A stretch of DNA of 62,165 nt, counting the filler, from Choristocarpus tenellus KU-1152 (lineage: Eukaryota > Protista > Phaeophyceae): assembly GCA_964200185.2 (NCBI GenBank). It is 9 parts of 9 records of this genome, joined end to end, with 100 filler letters (N's around TTAATTAATTAA, not from the genome) between each part and the next. Parts side by side here need not be neighbours in the genome. Positions count along the whole stretch, not along the records: positions 24,530 to 27,755 come from CAXNAD020021414.1; positions 27,856 to 32,294 come from CAXNAD020014549.1; positions 32,395 to 46,027 come from CAXNAD020001429.1; 6 more parts are not named here. One strand, 5' to 3'. The translations under genes were made by a program, and so were the position numbers. Positions 25,372 through 40,400 of the stretch are shown here, one piece after another. Within the stretch, counting starts at the first letter, position 1; every line of letters begins with the position of its first letter. The notes beneath the pieces were generated by a model. It searched no databases. It saw only the letters and a program-made list of their open reading frames with translations, and was not told where the DNA came from.

Positions 25372-27063
25372 CTGGAAATGCATATTAATAGGAATAAGTA
25401 GAGGTAACAAACAACAGCAAATGGATTACAAGTTAGTAACAAAAAAAAAGTGTAACAACTGTAGGGGGCCTCGACTGTGAATACCACACGACTAGAATTG
25501 GAATCACAACCATGCATAGATTGAGAACGTGGAGACAAAAGTGACAGGGATGGCAGGATAGGAAGAGGGAGTTCAACATTCAGAGTGCATGTGTGTGTGC
25601 TACATGCGGGTGAGCCTTTATCGGGGAAACCACTCGAGCATTGTTGAATAAGCTACAGCAACTGTGTCTAGACAACGCCGCTACCATGATGACAGGTAAA
25701 AGTACACTCTCAAGCAACATCTCACAGATTGCCTTATCAAGGAATGGGAAGGCATGTCATTGATGAGACACCATACACATGTACTATTAAAGCTACGACT
25801 GAGATAGCTTGAAGTTGGGTCGAGGGAGAGACCCTACAGGTGTTTGCACGTCAGTACACAGAGCTCTTTTACCCCGAGACTCGAATAATAACAATAATAA
25901 TAATAGTAACAACAATAACAATAAAAGAATCTTTCACAGGCCTCGGTAAGGAGGACATCGATCCAGCTCAAAAAAAAGAGGAGCCCCCCCCCCCCCCCCA
26001 AACAACTCCTCCAATGAAGACAGTGCAATATTCTCCTGCAACCGCCTCCATCAGGCACGTACGTAACTGTTGCTTCCGGAAGGTTCGCCCCTGTAAAACC
26101 GTTTCCTCTTATCTTATTCATATCGATACAGTGTACAGATAGTATACACAGAACCATTAAACAAAAAAAAAAAACAGGGTGAGAGAGACCACTCAGTCTT
26201 CACTACTCTTGAGGAGAGGGCCAGTTGTTCGTCAGGGGACAAGGTCGTGCGCGAAACCAAATCATCGCCTTCCCCAGGTGTGGCCTCCCTCAACAAGAAA
26301 GCGTACCTTACACAACCACCTCGCCTCGGTACACCTGAGGCAACACAACACAACACAACACAAACCGCCGGCCGGATGGCTGGCCCTACAGAGGAAGTGC
26401 TTCCTCCCCCTCAGTGGACAACGCACGACTGCTACCCTTCTTAGAGACAAAAAAAAAAATGCTGTGAATTAATGTGAATTAATGGTACTTGACAGCGATG
26501 TTCCTTGGGTTAACCTCTCGATCGCTCTGTACAGATCCTGGAAGGGACAGTGCAGTCCTTGGTTTGGAACACTGGACCTCTCCGCATGAGAGCTGAAGCA
26601 AATAGATCACGCCCGATATCAAGACCAGACCCATCCACATGTGTATCATCATGGACTATGATGGGAGGGGTCACTCGTTTGCAAGGTTAGCTACGCCTCC
26701 TTGTACAGTACCCCAAACGCCCCTTTTCATGCAGCCCCAGAGCTCAACAGGGATTCTTATCTCAGAAAGAATGTGGAAAATGCAACCTTAGTAAAGATGA
26801 GCGTCGAACCGTCCGATATGTATTAGCCCGACTCTGCCCCACCCTCTGAATACAGCAGTTATGGATACAGACATGCAAGGGGATGACACATACACCACCG
26901 GGTGCTATGTACGCCCCGCTTACAAAATGCACTGTGTTGATCATGCATTAGTGCAAGGAAGAAACAAAGACTGCTGCCCTGCCCAACATGAACTATTGTT
27001 TGTTCTCAGCAAAAATTGCTCAAAAAACCCTCCACCTCCAACTGACTAAAAAAATAGGGTGGC

Positions 27064-27066
<3 letters not shown>

Positions 27067-27101
<35 letters not shown>
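27067..27101. repeat. (AG)n microsatellite
   Basis: Seen directly. A (CA)n tract also lies at 28379-28408. Confidence 0.95.
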
Positions 27102-27104
<3 letters not shown>

Positions 27105-27655
27105 GGCCTTGAGAGTACATGCTTGTTTGTAGGCATACAATTTAGCTCAAAAAAAAAAAATGTACTCAACCTACACGACAAGGGGCAGGGGCAGGTATAT
27201 TACAGGGATTTATTAAAAGATAAAAAAAGAACATCAAATAATAATCCTAACACAACTGTACACTACAGAGATACAAAATCCTAATGAAAACAAAACTGCT
27301 CCATTACGCTTGAAAACCAAGAGCACCAGCGGGGGGGGGGGGATAGCCCGGCTTATCATTCTCGAAAAAACACAAGGGAAGGGATCGACCCACAAACAAC
27401 ACAAACCTCATCAAGACACACTCGACAATCCTTACAGACATGACCTACCCCAGCTGGACTAACTCTGCAATCGGTCAAGCAAGTAGGAAAATGTAGGGGG
27501 TGGGGTTAGGAGAGGGTAGGGTTGGAGATAGCAAGAACATGAAAAATGCAATCGGACAAGTCCAAGAGGCGAGTGGAGTGTTCAATAGCACTCAACAGCG
27601 TACAGACGTCTGAAAATATTTTTGACACATTAAGCACCATGACACTCAACCCTCC

Positions 27656-27693
<38 letters not shown>

Positions 27694-28192
27694 ACCACCA
27701 CCCCCCCCCACACCCCCCCCCCCACCCAACAACTACCTCAAAAAACCACAAAAAANNNNNNNNNNNNNNNNNNNNNNNNNNNNNNNNNNNNNNNNNNNNT
27801 TAATTAATTAANNNNNNNNNNNNNNNNNNNNNNNNNNNNNNNNNNNNNNNNNNNNCCAATAACCCCCCAACAACACTCCGTTGACTTTCCCGGGTGTGTC
27901 TTAAGTTTGAGTAAATTGTGCAGGAAAATGAAAACACCACGGTTATTTTTTTTAATATCTTGATAATATAGTAATAGTGCTTCAAATCGGTCATAAATAT
28001 ATTACAAGATTTTAAAAAACCTCCCCAACATAGTGTCATCCCACTCATTGAGGTTGTCTCACAGACACACCACTGTACTTGTTGCCCCCTTCCCACAATG
28101 CTGTACCTTGTTCCTGTTTTTTTTGTAAATTTTTGTAAATTTTTGTTTTTTTGGTGTGGACGGGTGTTCCTGTGGTGTGTGGATAAATTAAG

Positions 28193-28375
28193 GTGGGGAC
28201 CAATGAGTTCTGCAAGCGAGTCAACAATATCATCTCTGCCCTCCAGGAAGAGCGCATGACCTACCTTGAGGTGATAGGTGGTTGTGTGATGGTTGGTTGG
28301 AAAGTGACTGCATTTGGTGTCTTTGGTTTGTGTTGTTTGTTCACCAGTGACTGAGGCATTTTCACTGGCTCTGAA

Positions 28376-28410
<35 letters not shown>

Positions 28411-29397
28411 CACACATGCATACATGCACACAAATAGAAAATCATTGTAAGATTTGCAAACGACGAAAACATTTTGATGTCACTGTTGTATGCCTGGTTT
28501 GATAGGAAATGATTTAGTGCTGTGCAGCTTTTTTGCAATATTATTTTTGTCTGGTGAGGTGGACGATGGAGTAACACAGCCCTTTGCATGCTTACACACC
28601 CCTTGCCTGACCCAATGGTGTCACCATTTTAAAGGTTTGGTACTAAATAGTATTTGGAAGCATCTTGTTGCCATTCTGGGAGGCTCTGTAGCTGTGTATT
28701 GTCTTGTGAATTATTTCTGTTACAGTACTGCTGGAGAGACAAGCTACATGCAATGTATAATAATAAAAAGTTTTGTTGTGGAGTTTAGCTATACTTATCA
28801 ATCAATTGAACAATTTGCTTGGGGAGGGATGGAGCGCGGTTCGAGCATTTGCGTGCATTTTTCAGATGCACGGACATACGATAGAGATTCCCTAAACGAG
28901 ATCGGTGGTCGTGGTAGTGGTGGGTATGGCTGTTTTCGCGCTAATACACGATTAGGAGTTGATTCTGTTGGTGTCTTAGACAAAATACGTTTACTACCAC
29001 ATCTTTTTGTTTTTTCATGCAAATTATGTGTTGGAAGAATAGAGCCATTTTGTTAAGCATATCTTCAGACATTTCCTGAGTTCAAACCCCTTCGACGTCA
29101 GAATGTTTTAATGGAGACTTCTTTTTTTTCGGAAAAAGGGAAGATGGTGCCCGATGACAGTTACAGATATCCACCGTTCCTTGTGTGTAGTGTTTTTCAT
29201 CGAAATCTGCTTTGATTTTGACACCCTTGTGCTTCTTCCCTAATCAGGTCAAGGTGGTGGGTGAGGGAGATGGTCAGAACGAGCACCGTTTCTTGTGGCA
29301 CCTTGTGGAGGACAGGACGTCGTTCCCTGGTGGTTCTATGAACTATGCGGAGTATATGCAGCACATTAACCGTCAAAGCTATGGTGGCATGGGTTGA
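28193..29397 (+). CDS. SEC24: COPII coat subunit Sec24, last two exons
   Basis: Exons 28193-28270 (VGTNEFCKRVNNIISALQEERMTYLE) and 29248-29397 (VKVVGEGD...RFLWHLVEDRTSFPGGSMNYAEYMQHINRQ...stop) match the Sec24 C-terminal LVEDR...Y pattern. Confidence 0.85.
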
Positions 29398-31031
29398 GAT
29401 AGCCCAATCAAGGGGAGAGTGGGCGGAGAGTCCGTCTGGGAGGTAGCTCTCCATTCATTTTATGTAGCCTTGAAGGCTTGCTCTGGTCAACATGTGATTT
29501 TTTGCAAGTTGAATATGATGTCATTGGCTTTACGTGGAGAGAGGAGAGGTATCATGCACCTCTTTTGGCGAGGATAGCTAACAATCAGAGAATGTGGTGA
29601 GGTGGCTCTCACTAAAGATTGAATCGCTTGTCAGGTGCAGCTTTCATGGGGATACGGTGACAAACCTATCTCAATTTGTTCTTAATGGTATGTGCCGGCC
29701 TTGTTTTTGTGGTGAGCGGCAAGTGGGAGTATGTTTCGTTTACTGGCTGGGTTGAGGACCTTTGGAGGGCAGTGTGTGGGAGATAGATACCCTGCAGGAT
29801 TGAATCAGTGTGGGCATGTGATACGTGTGATTTCATGTTTGTGTCTTGAGTGTTTATGTCGTGTGTGTGCTTTTTTGTGTGCTGACCCTTGATGTGGTGG
29901 TTGTTTCTGGAGGTGTCTCGTGAGCGGAGCATGAGGTTTATGCCGCTGCTACTCCACGAAGGATGAGGAGAGGAAGTTGTTGACAGTTTTGAGAGCAAGT
30001 ATTGAGTGTTGCCGGCATGCGATTGGTTGATAATGAGGGTCAAGAGTCAATCTCTGGTGTAGGAAGCAAATGTGGGTGTGTGATCGTCTCTTCAGCAGGT
30101 GCAACAGGGTGCTAATGCCTTGGATATTTCATTTTTTGCTTGTAGCACCCACAAATATCGGCCTTGATATTAGGCCTTGTGCCAAGGTTTGCGATCCATT
30201 CCCTTATTACAATGTGCATTGGTGTTGAGGTAGGTTTGGAAGAGGGGAGGGTATTGCTTGGTCTGGGGTTGAGGGATGGGGAGGGGGAGGAGGGCGTTAC
30301 AGGAATATGTTATTGTAGTGTGTAGTGGTGTGAGGTGGGATTCTCAAGGATGATATGCATATATATATACCTGTATCACCGTAGAGGGCTTGGGGCGATT
30401 CAGGGTAATGTGACTTGGGAGAGATTCATGGTGACCTCAGGTGAAGGTCCTTCAGACGTAGAGAAGTGAGTTGGCGATCTTGGCGTTCTTGTGCCGGACA
30501 GGTAGTGTGACCCCTATTAAGAGTAAAAAAACATTTGACTTTTTTTTACAAGCTTCAGCATGAACATGATCATCATAAATCAGCAGCAGCAGCCTCCTAC
30601 TGCAAGAACGGGGGAAGCAGGTTACACATTTCCTTACCTTGTCTATTTTTGGTGGGGGGTGTGATGGTGCAAGTGTCGTTATCATTGGTGTACAGTACGC
30701 CTTTCCAAGGCCGGATAGTCGAGAAAAAGATTTTTTTTTGGTAGGTGACGTACTGACTTGTTTGTATACGAAGTGCTTGCTATCATTCTCCTTTCATATT
30801 GATTGCCCTGCATTTCTATCTAGATCATTTGTATTCTGGACATGGTGCCTACATTGCATATAGCGATTCATTTTGCTACCGCCATCCATGTGGAACTTAT
30901 GTAGACACAATTGATAGGTAAGGCAGAGAATGGTGTCCTGCCCTGTTTACCAATCTGGGAATTTAGTGAATTCCAACAGGAAGCAGTGACAAGATGCCAA
31001 TCAGGGTATGCAGGACTTGGCCTACCGTATT

Positions 31032-31288
31032 GGGCCAAAGTAAAGGAGAGGTAACCAGAACTGCATTTTAAGGATGCTTGCAAATGTGCAAAATGCGTTT
31101 TTTTGTACAAAAACGTACAGGGACCTTTATTCATTCTGTCGTAATTTCAAGCAAGAGAGAAAATCAACAATCTCAAGTCAACGTTAGCACACCATCCATA
31201 TAAATAGGGGTGAATTGCAAAAAATGAAAAAATGACTTGAAATGAAAAACGGTCAAGACCCTAGATATCTCTCATCTCCTCTTGGCTC
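31032..31288. mobile_element. MITE family D
   Basis: GGGCCAAAGTAAAGGAGAGGTAACCAG...GACTTGAAATGAAAAACGGTCAAG...CTTGGCTC. Confidence 0.65.
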
Positions 31289-34200
31289 TTTGGTCTAATG
31301 ATTTGCTCCTACTACTGCTGCAAACTGGACCTGGGGGTGGATTCATATATGTTTGTATGCCATGCATCGCAGTTTAATTTTATTGCACTGCCTATTACTT
31401 CGAAATATTGTTATTGATTCAGGGAGCTCTATCTGCCCAGCGGCATCAAGCATTAACACACTAAGACTTTGTAGGAGCAAGGATGCACTGAAAATGATTG
31501 ACGTTAGTTGGAGGGGTTGATCTCCTACGGATAATAGGTAATATTTACACATTGCGGTCGTACAAAACAAAGCAACGTTGCAGATTTATTGTTGTATATT
31601 AATTTTTGTTTTATTCTTGGGGGACACTGACTCAGGCTCTGGTGGCATGTACATTGAATGCGCCTTTTTTGATGTACTATTAATAATATGACACGTGAGT
31701 GGGTTCTCTTTCTCTGGATGCTTGCTGCTCAGAGATTCTGTCTGTTACCAGCTTGGTCCAGAGAATGAACATCCCATCCATCTTGCTTAGTAGGGGGTAT
31801 TGTTGTGACTGCCTTCACTACACAAGTGACAAGCTATTAGCATCCTGGAGGGCTATTTCGCACATAAATAAATGTGGACGAATGTTCATCTTCCCCTTCA
31901 CCAGCCACAACCTCCTAAAGGGGGGGGGGTAGCTGCAATTCAGGCGTTGAAAATGGCAAGCAGAAGGGTTGAAAAGAATACTCCCTAGATATTATTAAAC
32001 GCCAAATCACTAAAAAATAGATCAGCACCAAAATGCACAAATATATGAATCACGAAAATTATTGAGGGGTTCATTTCTTCACATGCATTATGCGAAACGC
32101 CAGTAGCGGGGGTTACAACAAATCAATGTGGCATGCTTTCAAATCGTTCGCCATGGCCCCAGGGTAATATTTGTATGCTCAAGCTTCCCGACTGAAAACT
32201 ATGACGGTCGGCTAGTCCCCCCCCCAAAATACTGGTGGGGTGAGGCAGTGTTTGGCTTTCGTACCAAAGGCATTTGTCAAATAAATAATATACCNNNNNN
32301 NNNNNNNNNNNNNNNNNNNNNNNNNNNNNNNNNNNNNNTTAATTAATTAANNNNNNNNNNNNNNNNNNNNNNNNNNNNNNNNNNNNNNNNNNNNGTATAA
32401 CTACTTTGTCTCCATGCACCCCCTAACCACCCCCCCCCTAAGTGGTGTGTCACATGTCATGTTTTCCCTGGTACAGGCAAGCAATCCTCCCTGTGTTACA
32501 CCTCGCTGAATTGTCAACTCTATCTTAATCTCTGGACCTCTCCCTCCCCTAACCTCATCTTTCCGTGTCTGACTTGTGTATTGCCGGCCAATAAAATAAC
32601 CTTCGCACCAGACAACCTACATCACCAACACACGCACCCCACAACATGAGGACTGGGCAGATGTCACCTCAATCCAAGGTATGCTACCGCCCACCCTCTT
32701 TGCCTCTGATCGAAGTGTAAGTGCTTTAATTGGACAGAAATATACCAGATTTTCGCTTCTGCGTAAGTTGGAAGTACGTGCAATGCAAGATTTTAAATTT
32801 CCAGCTTTTCTAGATAAACCAACTCTAATACCTTCAATAGCCTATCGTTGTAGTTTAATTCCTGAGTCTTTGTTATAGAAGCATGATAGCAGTAGGGTTG
32901 CAGAAAAAAATTGTAGAGATTCTGCTGTATCGTGTCTCATCTTTGAAAAAATTTAGTGTTCTTTCTAAGACTTCTAGAGGTCTATGTATGATGGCACTCA
33001 AGTCCCAGCACAAGGTTTAAACACAACAGGCACTTGCAGTCAGTCGCAAAAACAACCTGTGGTGGTAGGTTGCTCATCATTTTATCTCCCTACTTTTCCA
33101 TGCAGCTTGGCAAGCACTCGCATCCTGCTGCACAACAAGATCCATTAGCTGTGAGCAATCCTCAACTGGCTGCCAGAAACAGAGCCAGGGGAAACTTTGG
33201 GAGGTGATTGTTTTTAATAAGATTAAGATGGACAGGTGGTGAGGTTGTCCTGCTCTCCACCTTGTGTTTCTGTACCAATGTTGTGGTGACACTATGACAT
33301 CATTTAGGATCTTTTGTGTTGAGGCAGTAATCAATCTGTTTCTGTCTATTGTGTGTAGAGTTCAGGGCCAGATTTTGTGTACAGAAGGTGTCAGTTAGCG
33401 ACTCTATGTGCATGAGCTATTGGAAGTATTGATACTACATTAAATTATCCCTCATGTCCACATCCCATCCCTGAGCCCCAGTTTCGTGTTGCCTGTTATT
33501 ACTTTGAGGGAGTAAAAGGATGGTGATAGTTTTCGTGCACTCTGCCCTCTGAGGTACTGTTGTGTTGTGCTGGGCACTTGGATATTTTACCATCTAATCC
33601 ACTACTTCAAGATGCTTTAAATGTGGGTGCACAAGGCAAGAGCTCCCAAGAGATAAAACTGTGCTGATTACCATCCCTATGTGACCTTTTGGGCGCCTTC
33701 ATGTTCGCCTTTGCTGTCTTATGTAATGACTCTTCTTTAGAGCTGACCTTTGGAGACCTTGAGCTCTGCAGGTTTATTAAATGGTTTGTGTCACTATGGG
33801 TTGAGTGCCTGGTACTTTCATGTTAGGTGCTTGTCTCTGATGTTGCATAAGTTATTTTGGATATGGAATGTATTCTTCTGTTCTGCCCATCACACATTAA
33901 GCTAGCTTCTAGTTTAACAGTAAAGGTACAGGTGAAGGAAAGTTACACAAGGGAGAAGGTCTGTAGTTTAGTTTATCAACCATGCAGAAACAAGAGTTGC
34001 AGCAAGATACATGCCCCCTTGTGTAAACACACTTGACGTTTGTATGTTTCTCATATTCCATTAGTTAGATTGTGGATGGTGGGAGGGTCATGGGGGATCA
34101 TAGATTTGCCTGGACGAATGGATAATATCAGTCCATCAGTAGCATGTCCATAAAAAGAGTGATACAAGTGATCAAGAGGTATTTGTGACGGTGTGGCTAG

Positions 34201-34450
34201 GATTCCTTACACCCCAAGTACATAGTAACAGTCAAGGAAATTGCTGGTTGCAGATGTATTTTCCATTTTGTACTACTTCATATGGACCACCACTGCACCA
34301 ACTGATGGGTGTAATTGCATACTGGCCGTCCGAATCCTCTCATACCCTCCAATTATTCCCCAGGATACAAAGTCACTTCTCACTGTTCTCCCTCCCCGCC
34401 TTTCCTTTGGCACATGATGCAGGAGATCTGATCGTAACCCAAAACCTCAG

Positions 34451-37400
34451 CAGAACCGACGCTCCACTGAAGACAAATGGCCGAAACGGTTCAATATAGC
34501 AGGAACTGGTCCCGGTGATGTCACCCCTCCCTCTACAACCACATCTTCACCAGATGCAGAGGGAGCACTGCGAGGAGGTGGGGGACAAGGCACAGAAGGG
34601 CGACCAGGGATGGCAGGGCATGGTAGGGGGACAGGCACAGGGATCGTTTCAGGTTCAGGGACAAGTACTTACCAGGCAGGAACGGGGATTGGGCACAACA
34701 CCAACAAGTGGACGAGCAGCAGAAGGGGGGGTGGGGCTGAGGGAGGTGGAAATAGCAGCAAGCAGGGGGATCAAGTGAGAGGAAGTTTGTGGAATTGTCA
34801 ACAGCATTTATTATTTAATGAAGATGTTGATATGTCCTCGAAAAATTCCAGCAAATGCTTCTGGCAGCTCAATCGATTTAGGTGGTGTACTGGCAGTTCA
34901 GTTGCCACCCACTGTAGATCCTTCAAAGAGAAATGCATCCCTTATTTCAAGTAATCACTGGAGGACGATGTCTGTGTAATTGTCTTGGTTATATGCACCT
35001 TATACCAACTCCTCCAAAGAGCAAGCTTGCTCTTGATGTCCACGTTGTTGTGCCTCCTGCCCCATCCACTTCAACTGACCACAGATACAATATGCACATG
35101 CAGGTATATCATCCCACTTGTGCACTTGCATTCATAGCCCCCAACCCCAAACTCTGTGAAAACTGTTTTTGTTCTCTGCTCTGATTTGCGCCTTGTGTCT
35201 GGGCATACAACAAGGCCATTCTCCTTGCCGAAGCTGAAGGCTACTTTCATGCATTCGCCACCATCTCTGCAGTCACTTGGCGTCGCCATGTCCGGAAACA
35301 GCAGGCAAAGGGACAGGGATTTGGGGTAGGACGCATGGCTATTTCTACCCCACCAGGTAGGGGGGAAGGGGCACAACATGGTCGAGGGCTATTAAAGATC
35401 ACCATTGCAGATTACAATGGAGATGCTGTGGACCTGGATGCCTCCCCACTCGAGTTGCACACTCACCAGGCAGACACAATTTCATATATGGAGGCAAGGG
35501 CCTCTGAGAAGCGTCGTTCGTGGATGGGTCCCTGCCGAAACTGGGCTTGGGGTATGGAGCAGGCTCGTCGTTGGGACTCTGGACGCGGTGTGCAGATTGG
35601 CAAGTCTGAGGTATATAGGCGACCAGGGGCAGGGATGCCCTTAGTAGCTGGAGCTGTGGAAGGGATGGCACCATCCCCAGCAATCCAAGCAGGAGGTGTA
35701 TTCAACCAACAGATGAGGGGAATGGGCAGTCAGAGATGGAACAAAGGTGATGCCATGCACAGCTCAGTAGGTGGTACAAGCAAAGGTAGCAGCACAGGCA
35801 AGCATGATATGCAGCACGAGAAGATGGCAAATGGAAGAGTTGGAATAGGTGGGAGACGTGGTCAAGATCAAGTGTTCCGCAACAGCTTGCATCAGCGTAC
35901 TATCGATTCACCTATGGCATCAACTACCACATTAATCTCTGAAGAGACAACTGCCCGTCCCTCTACTGCTGTAAGGGGGGAAGGGACAAGGTTTGGGGCA
36001 CCCTTTGGCAGGAGCCAGGACAACCACAATCGTTCTTCCACCTTCTTCCCCCCGCAGCGAAATAATTCAGGTGATGGTCGGCAGAGTATGGGGCTGCAAT
36101 CCTCAAGAGATGGAGGTTCTACCTCGGCATCCCTGGCCATGACACCTTCCAGCCCAATGCGAAGCCGACAAAAGCAGCCTTCATCATTTGGAACCCAACG
36201 AAACCAGCCATGGGTGCAAGGAGGACCCACCCTACGATCAAGGTGCTCTTCCGTGGAATCATTACCGGGTGATACAGCCCCAGCAGCTTTGATGCCAGTT
36301 ACTGGACAAGGAACTGTGAGAATGGATAGTACCCACGCTTTGCAGGGAGCCAGACTCCACAACATTGATACCAATGATGGTTCAAGGATTTCCCCCAGTG
36401 TTCTGCCTCACATGTGGAAGCATAGTCGGCTTCAACATGCATGCAACCTCTCACTTTTGGTGGTTCCACCCTGGGCTTCCCGTGTTCGCGTGAGCACTGG
36501 GAGCAAACGTGCTGCTGGCGACAATAGTGCCTCAGGGGAGACAGCCATGCAAGCTTATGCACTCCCAGACATCGACATTGGCGCCCGTAGTTGTGATTGG
36601 TTGGATACATGTTTACACCATGCCAAGAGGTCTGATGAGGAGTCAATGCAAGCCTCTGAGGATTTGACAAAGTTACAATCAGCAATGAGACTCTTGCAAC
36701 CACATGCAACCAATTCTGTCAACTCACAATTCAGGAACCCCTCCATAGTGGCAGCATCTGCTCCAACTAAGGAGCAGGCTCCTCTGATGCGCTTTGCTAG
36801 AACCACAATGCGGTCCATCACTCAGGCTATGTCACCAGCAGGTGGTGGCAGTGTTAGCAGTGGAGTTAGTGGTAAGAGCAGGGTGGGAAGTTCAAGAAGG
36901 GATAATGGGGATGTAGAAAGTGGTTTTGAGGCAGGTGTTTGGGGGGGTGCAGGCAGTGAGGATGAAGGTTCCTGGAATCGGCACCGGCGGAGTAGCACTA
37001 GTGCATTATTTGGAAGTCACTATACCACCCACAAAGGGGAAGATGGAACATTAACTTACCAAGTAAAAGAGGACAACTCTCGGGTTCACTCTCCAGCAGG
37101 AGGGCAGGAATTCCGACCAACTGACCCACAAATGCGGCATACTCGCAGTCTGATTGCAGTTAAGGGTCATGAAAGACAGAGTGGCAGTGATCCCAACCTG
37201 CCTGAGCTAGGGAATCGAAGGCGCTCCGAAGTTGACGGACACATAAAATGGGGGCGACGGAGAGGTGTCTTCGGTGAAGGTAGTTATGAAGGGGAAACAA
37301 AGGTGGAGAATGAAGAAGAACAGAGGACTACAATCAGCAGAGAGATTATGAGAGGGGGTCATACAAAGTCGGTGATTCAGACAACTGAGCATTGCAATTG

Positions 37401-40400
37401 TGGGACTGGAAGAGTACCTGATGATGGGGAACAGGAGTGGCAGACCCTAGCTGCACTGGCCAGGCGATTTGTCACTTCCTACATTGACTTCTTGAGTGAG
37501 GAGGGGTTGGGTTTCTGTCAGATACAAATCTCGCACTTTCCCACAGTACCTCCCATCTCATCAGCAAATGAAGGGGGTATGCACCGCAGCAAGGATGTGG
37601 CTAGCAGGGTCAGAGTTAGAGATGCAGTTGCCTGTAAAAGAGCAACAGATATGATCAGCCCATGCATGCTCCCATCAGCAACAGGGCTATGGAGAAGTGA
37701 TACCACAGGTGGCATTGGTTCATTTAAAGAAGAGGGCAAGTGCGGCAGAGAGGGAAGAGAGGATTGTAAAGAGGAGTTGTTAGGCTTGTACTGTAGGTTG
37801 GGGCAGGAAAGCAACGAGTCACCAACTACCCGTGCCCTACTTCGATTGGCTCTTCCGCTGACAAACACAGTGTTAGTAGTGGAGGTTACCGCTGATGTGG
37901 AGGTGCAGTATGAGCAATGCGTCGATCAAACTCAAGTGTCGGGATATGTGGAGCGCTCTGCACCAGGGGGTACAAGGAGAGTTGAAGTGAAGCTCAGGGT
38001 CTGGAGTGTAGATGTTGGTGGAGCTGAGAGTGGTAACATGGCGATGCAAGGGGGGAAATCAGTAGAGTTGAGAAGAGCTGAGGCTGATGGAGCAGAGAAC
38101 AAGATCATGGCAGGATTGCCTACATGCCGTTCCTTCCTATGGGACCTTGGTGAGCGGGCAGTGCCAGGGCGGGCACGGACGAAGAGATGGGGGCTCGGAC
38201 TTCCAGAAGAAATTCATCGTGTTCTATCCCGCTTGCGATTCAGTACATTTGCTCAGGACTTCATGCTTGGACAGGTGAAAAATGCATGTGATTACTCAGG
38301 ATGATAACCAAGGTGGCCAATATTTTCACTTGTCATAGCACAGCTGTGTTGACCTGAGCAAGGTGTGCAATGATAGACAAGCTAGCAGCAAGCCCCCAAT
38401 AATCTGTGAGTGCATTATTGTCTGGGCCATTGTTTGTGTTCCTGGTGGAATGAGCACAGAGGTAAAGCGAGTGAGGGATGAAGTGAAGATCGTGATGTTT
38501 TCGAAATTTGGTCCCGTTATTTGATTGTTAAGGTACATGCAACTCCACTTCTACTAGTTGAAAATACTTGGAATAAGTAAATGGGAACATTAAGGTGTTT
38601 TACACTCCCTTCAGGGAGTTAGAGGTGATATAAACCTTGACATGATAAAATCGTTGGAGGTTGAACAATATAACTTTATTTACTTCTTACTATTGTGTAG
38701 GCTAAGTACCCCAAGTACATTGCACTGCCATCCCTGACTCTGTGCCGGAATAGTGGCACCAAGTGTGAAAGGTCTTTGTGGAAACTACACACTAGTACCA
38801 CCATTGATTCCTTGCTATCTTTCCTTCTGTTAACCCTTCTATCTTACCCCCACCACCCTTACCTCACCCTTATAAAAGGTGGAGACTGCTCTACTATCTA
38901 CGCCTCCTGCAGCTTCTACTGAACGACCAAGTGATCCTGCTGGTGACCTTTTTGGTGCTGGCGCCTACAGTATCCTTTGGGATGCTTCAGAGGCCGGATA
39001 TAAATCCAGACCATTGGTTGCTCCCGCAATACTGAGAGTCTACATCAGTGTTGATGGATGCAAGGGTGAACATGCCCAAACAAAGCAAGGTGTAATAGGT
39101 CCAACGCAATGCACTAACGTTCCTGATCAGCAGCCCCAGGGGCTTCTAAGAGGTGTGTTGAGTGCTCCTCCTGAAATGGGCTTCATCTTCAAGGATTCAT
39201 CCGATGTGTCTGCTCTTGGTTTTCTGTGGTATGTGTGGGGCAACGCCAGGTTGTATGGACTGAAGGCTTACCCTCCAGGCACACAACAGCGACCTCTGCT
39301 GGTGGGGACAATATCTGGAAGGTTACAGGGGGATGGGAAGGCCAAGAGAAGGAATGACAGCAAGGATGCCTCAGACGCAGGAACAGTTATGAGAGGGGAA
39401 GAAAAGCGCTTTGCAGCTTGCACGTTTCTCCTTACTGTCACTCCAGAAGGGTTTCAGGCAGAAAACAGAGATAAGGATTACACGGGATCAAGGCAAGGTC
39501 AAGGCATTCACTGCAAGGGTTTAGATGAAAGAGACCCACAGGTGATGGCTTTTGTCATGGCAAGTCAGTCACCCCCACCAGAAGGGGGAGAGCATTCTAT
39601 TAGTAGAAGCAACCAGGAGATGAACTATGATGACAGACCAGGATTATCCCGAAGAAGTGAAGACAGCTCTCCGGGAATCTGCTGGGCAAATCCTACAGCA
39701 CATGCTCGATATCCACTCGAAGAAGTCGCTCAACTGACTGGGATTCTGCTTCAGGGTCTATTGCGGGAGGCGCTGAGTCAGTACAAAAAGGTGGAGGGGT
39801 GCCATATTGCTATTCCTACTATTGGTGTGGACAGCTTTGCCCCCCTGACATCCAGTTTATCGCTTCCAAAGCAGGGGACTGCATCCTCCTTTAGAGAAGG
39901 CAATAGTGAGGACTCATCACCTCTGACAAGGGCTGCTTTATTGACAAATACATCCACGTTGGCAAGGGAAGTTGGATCTCCACCACCCATCATTATACCA
40001 CCACCATGCAATAGTGTGCTACCCCTTCCTGACTCCCTCACACCAATTGCACCATCCCTGTGTCAACCATTGGAGATTACTGCCAAAACCCTCGGGAGAC
40101 TGTTGAACCTATCCAGCTCTGTTCCCCTTCAGGAGTTGGATAGCTCTCTGTATAAGCTGCTTGAACTTGGGGTGACTATGGACTGGGAACGCTGGTTAGA
40201 CCACCTCATCGCCTCACCCAATATGCAAACCGTGCATGTTTCAGAGCAGAGTCAAGATTGGGGAAGGGTTGGTAAACCATTAGGTAATGAAACAGCAAGC
40301 TTAGGTAGTGAGGTTGAAGGTTGGAGCACCAGGTGCGATCATGTTCGCACACTCCTTGTGCAGCCAGTGCTAGATGGGGAAGGTACCTTGTCCAGGTGGT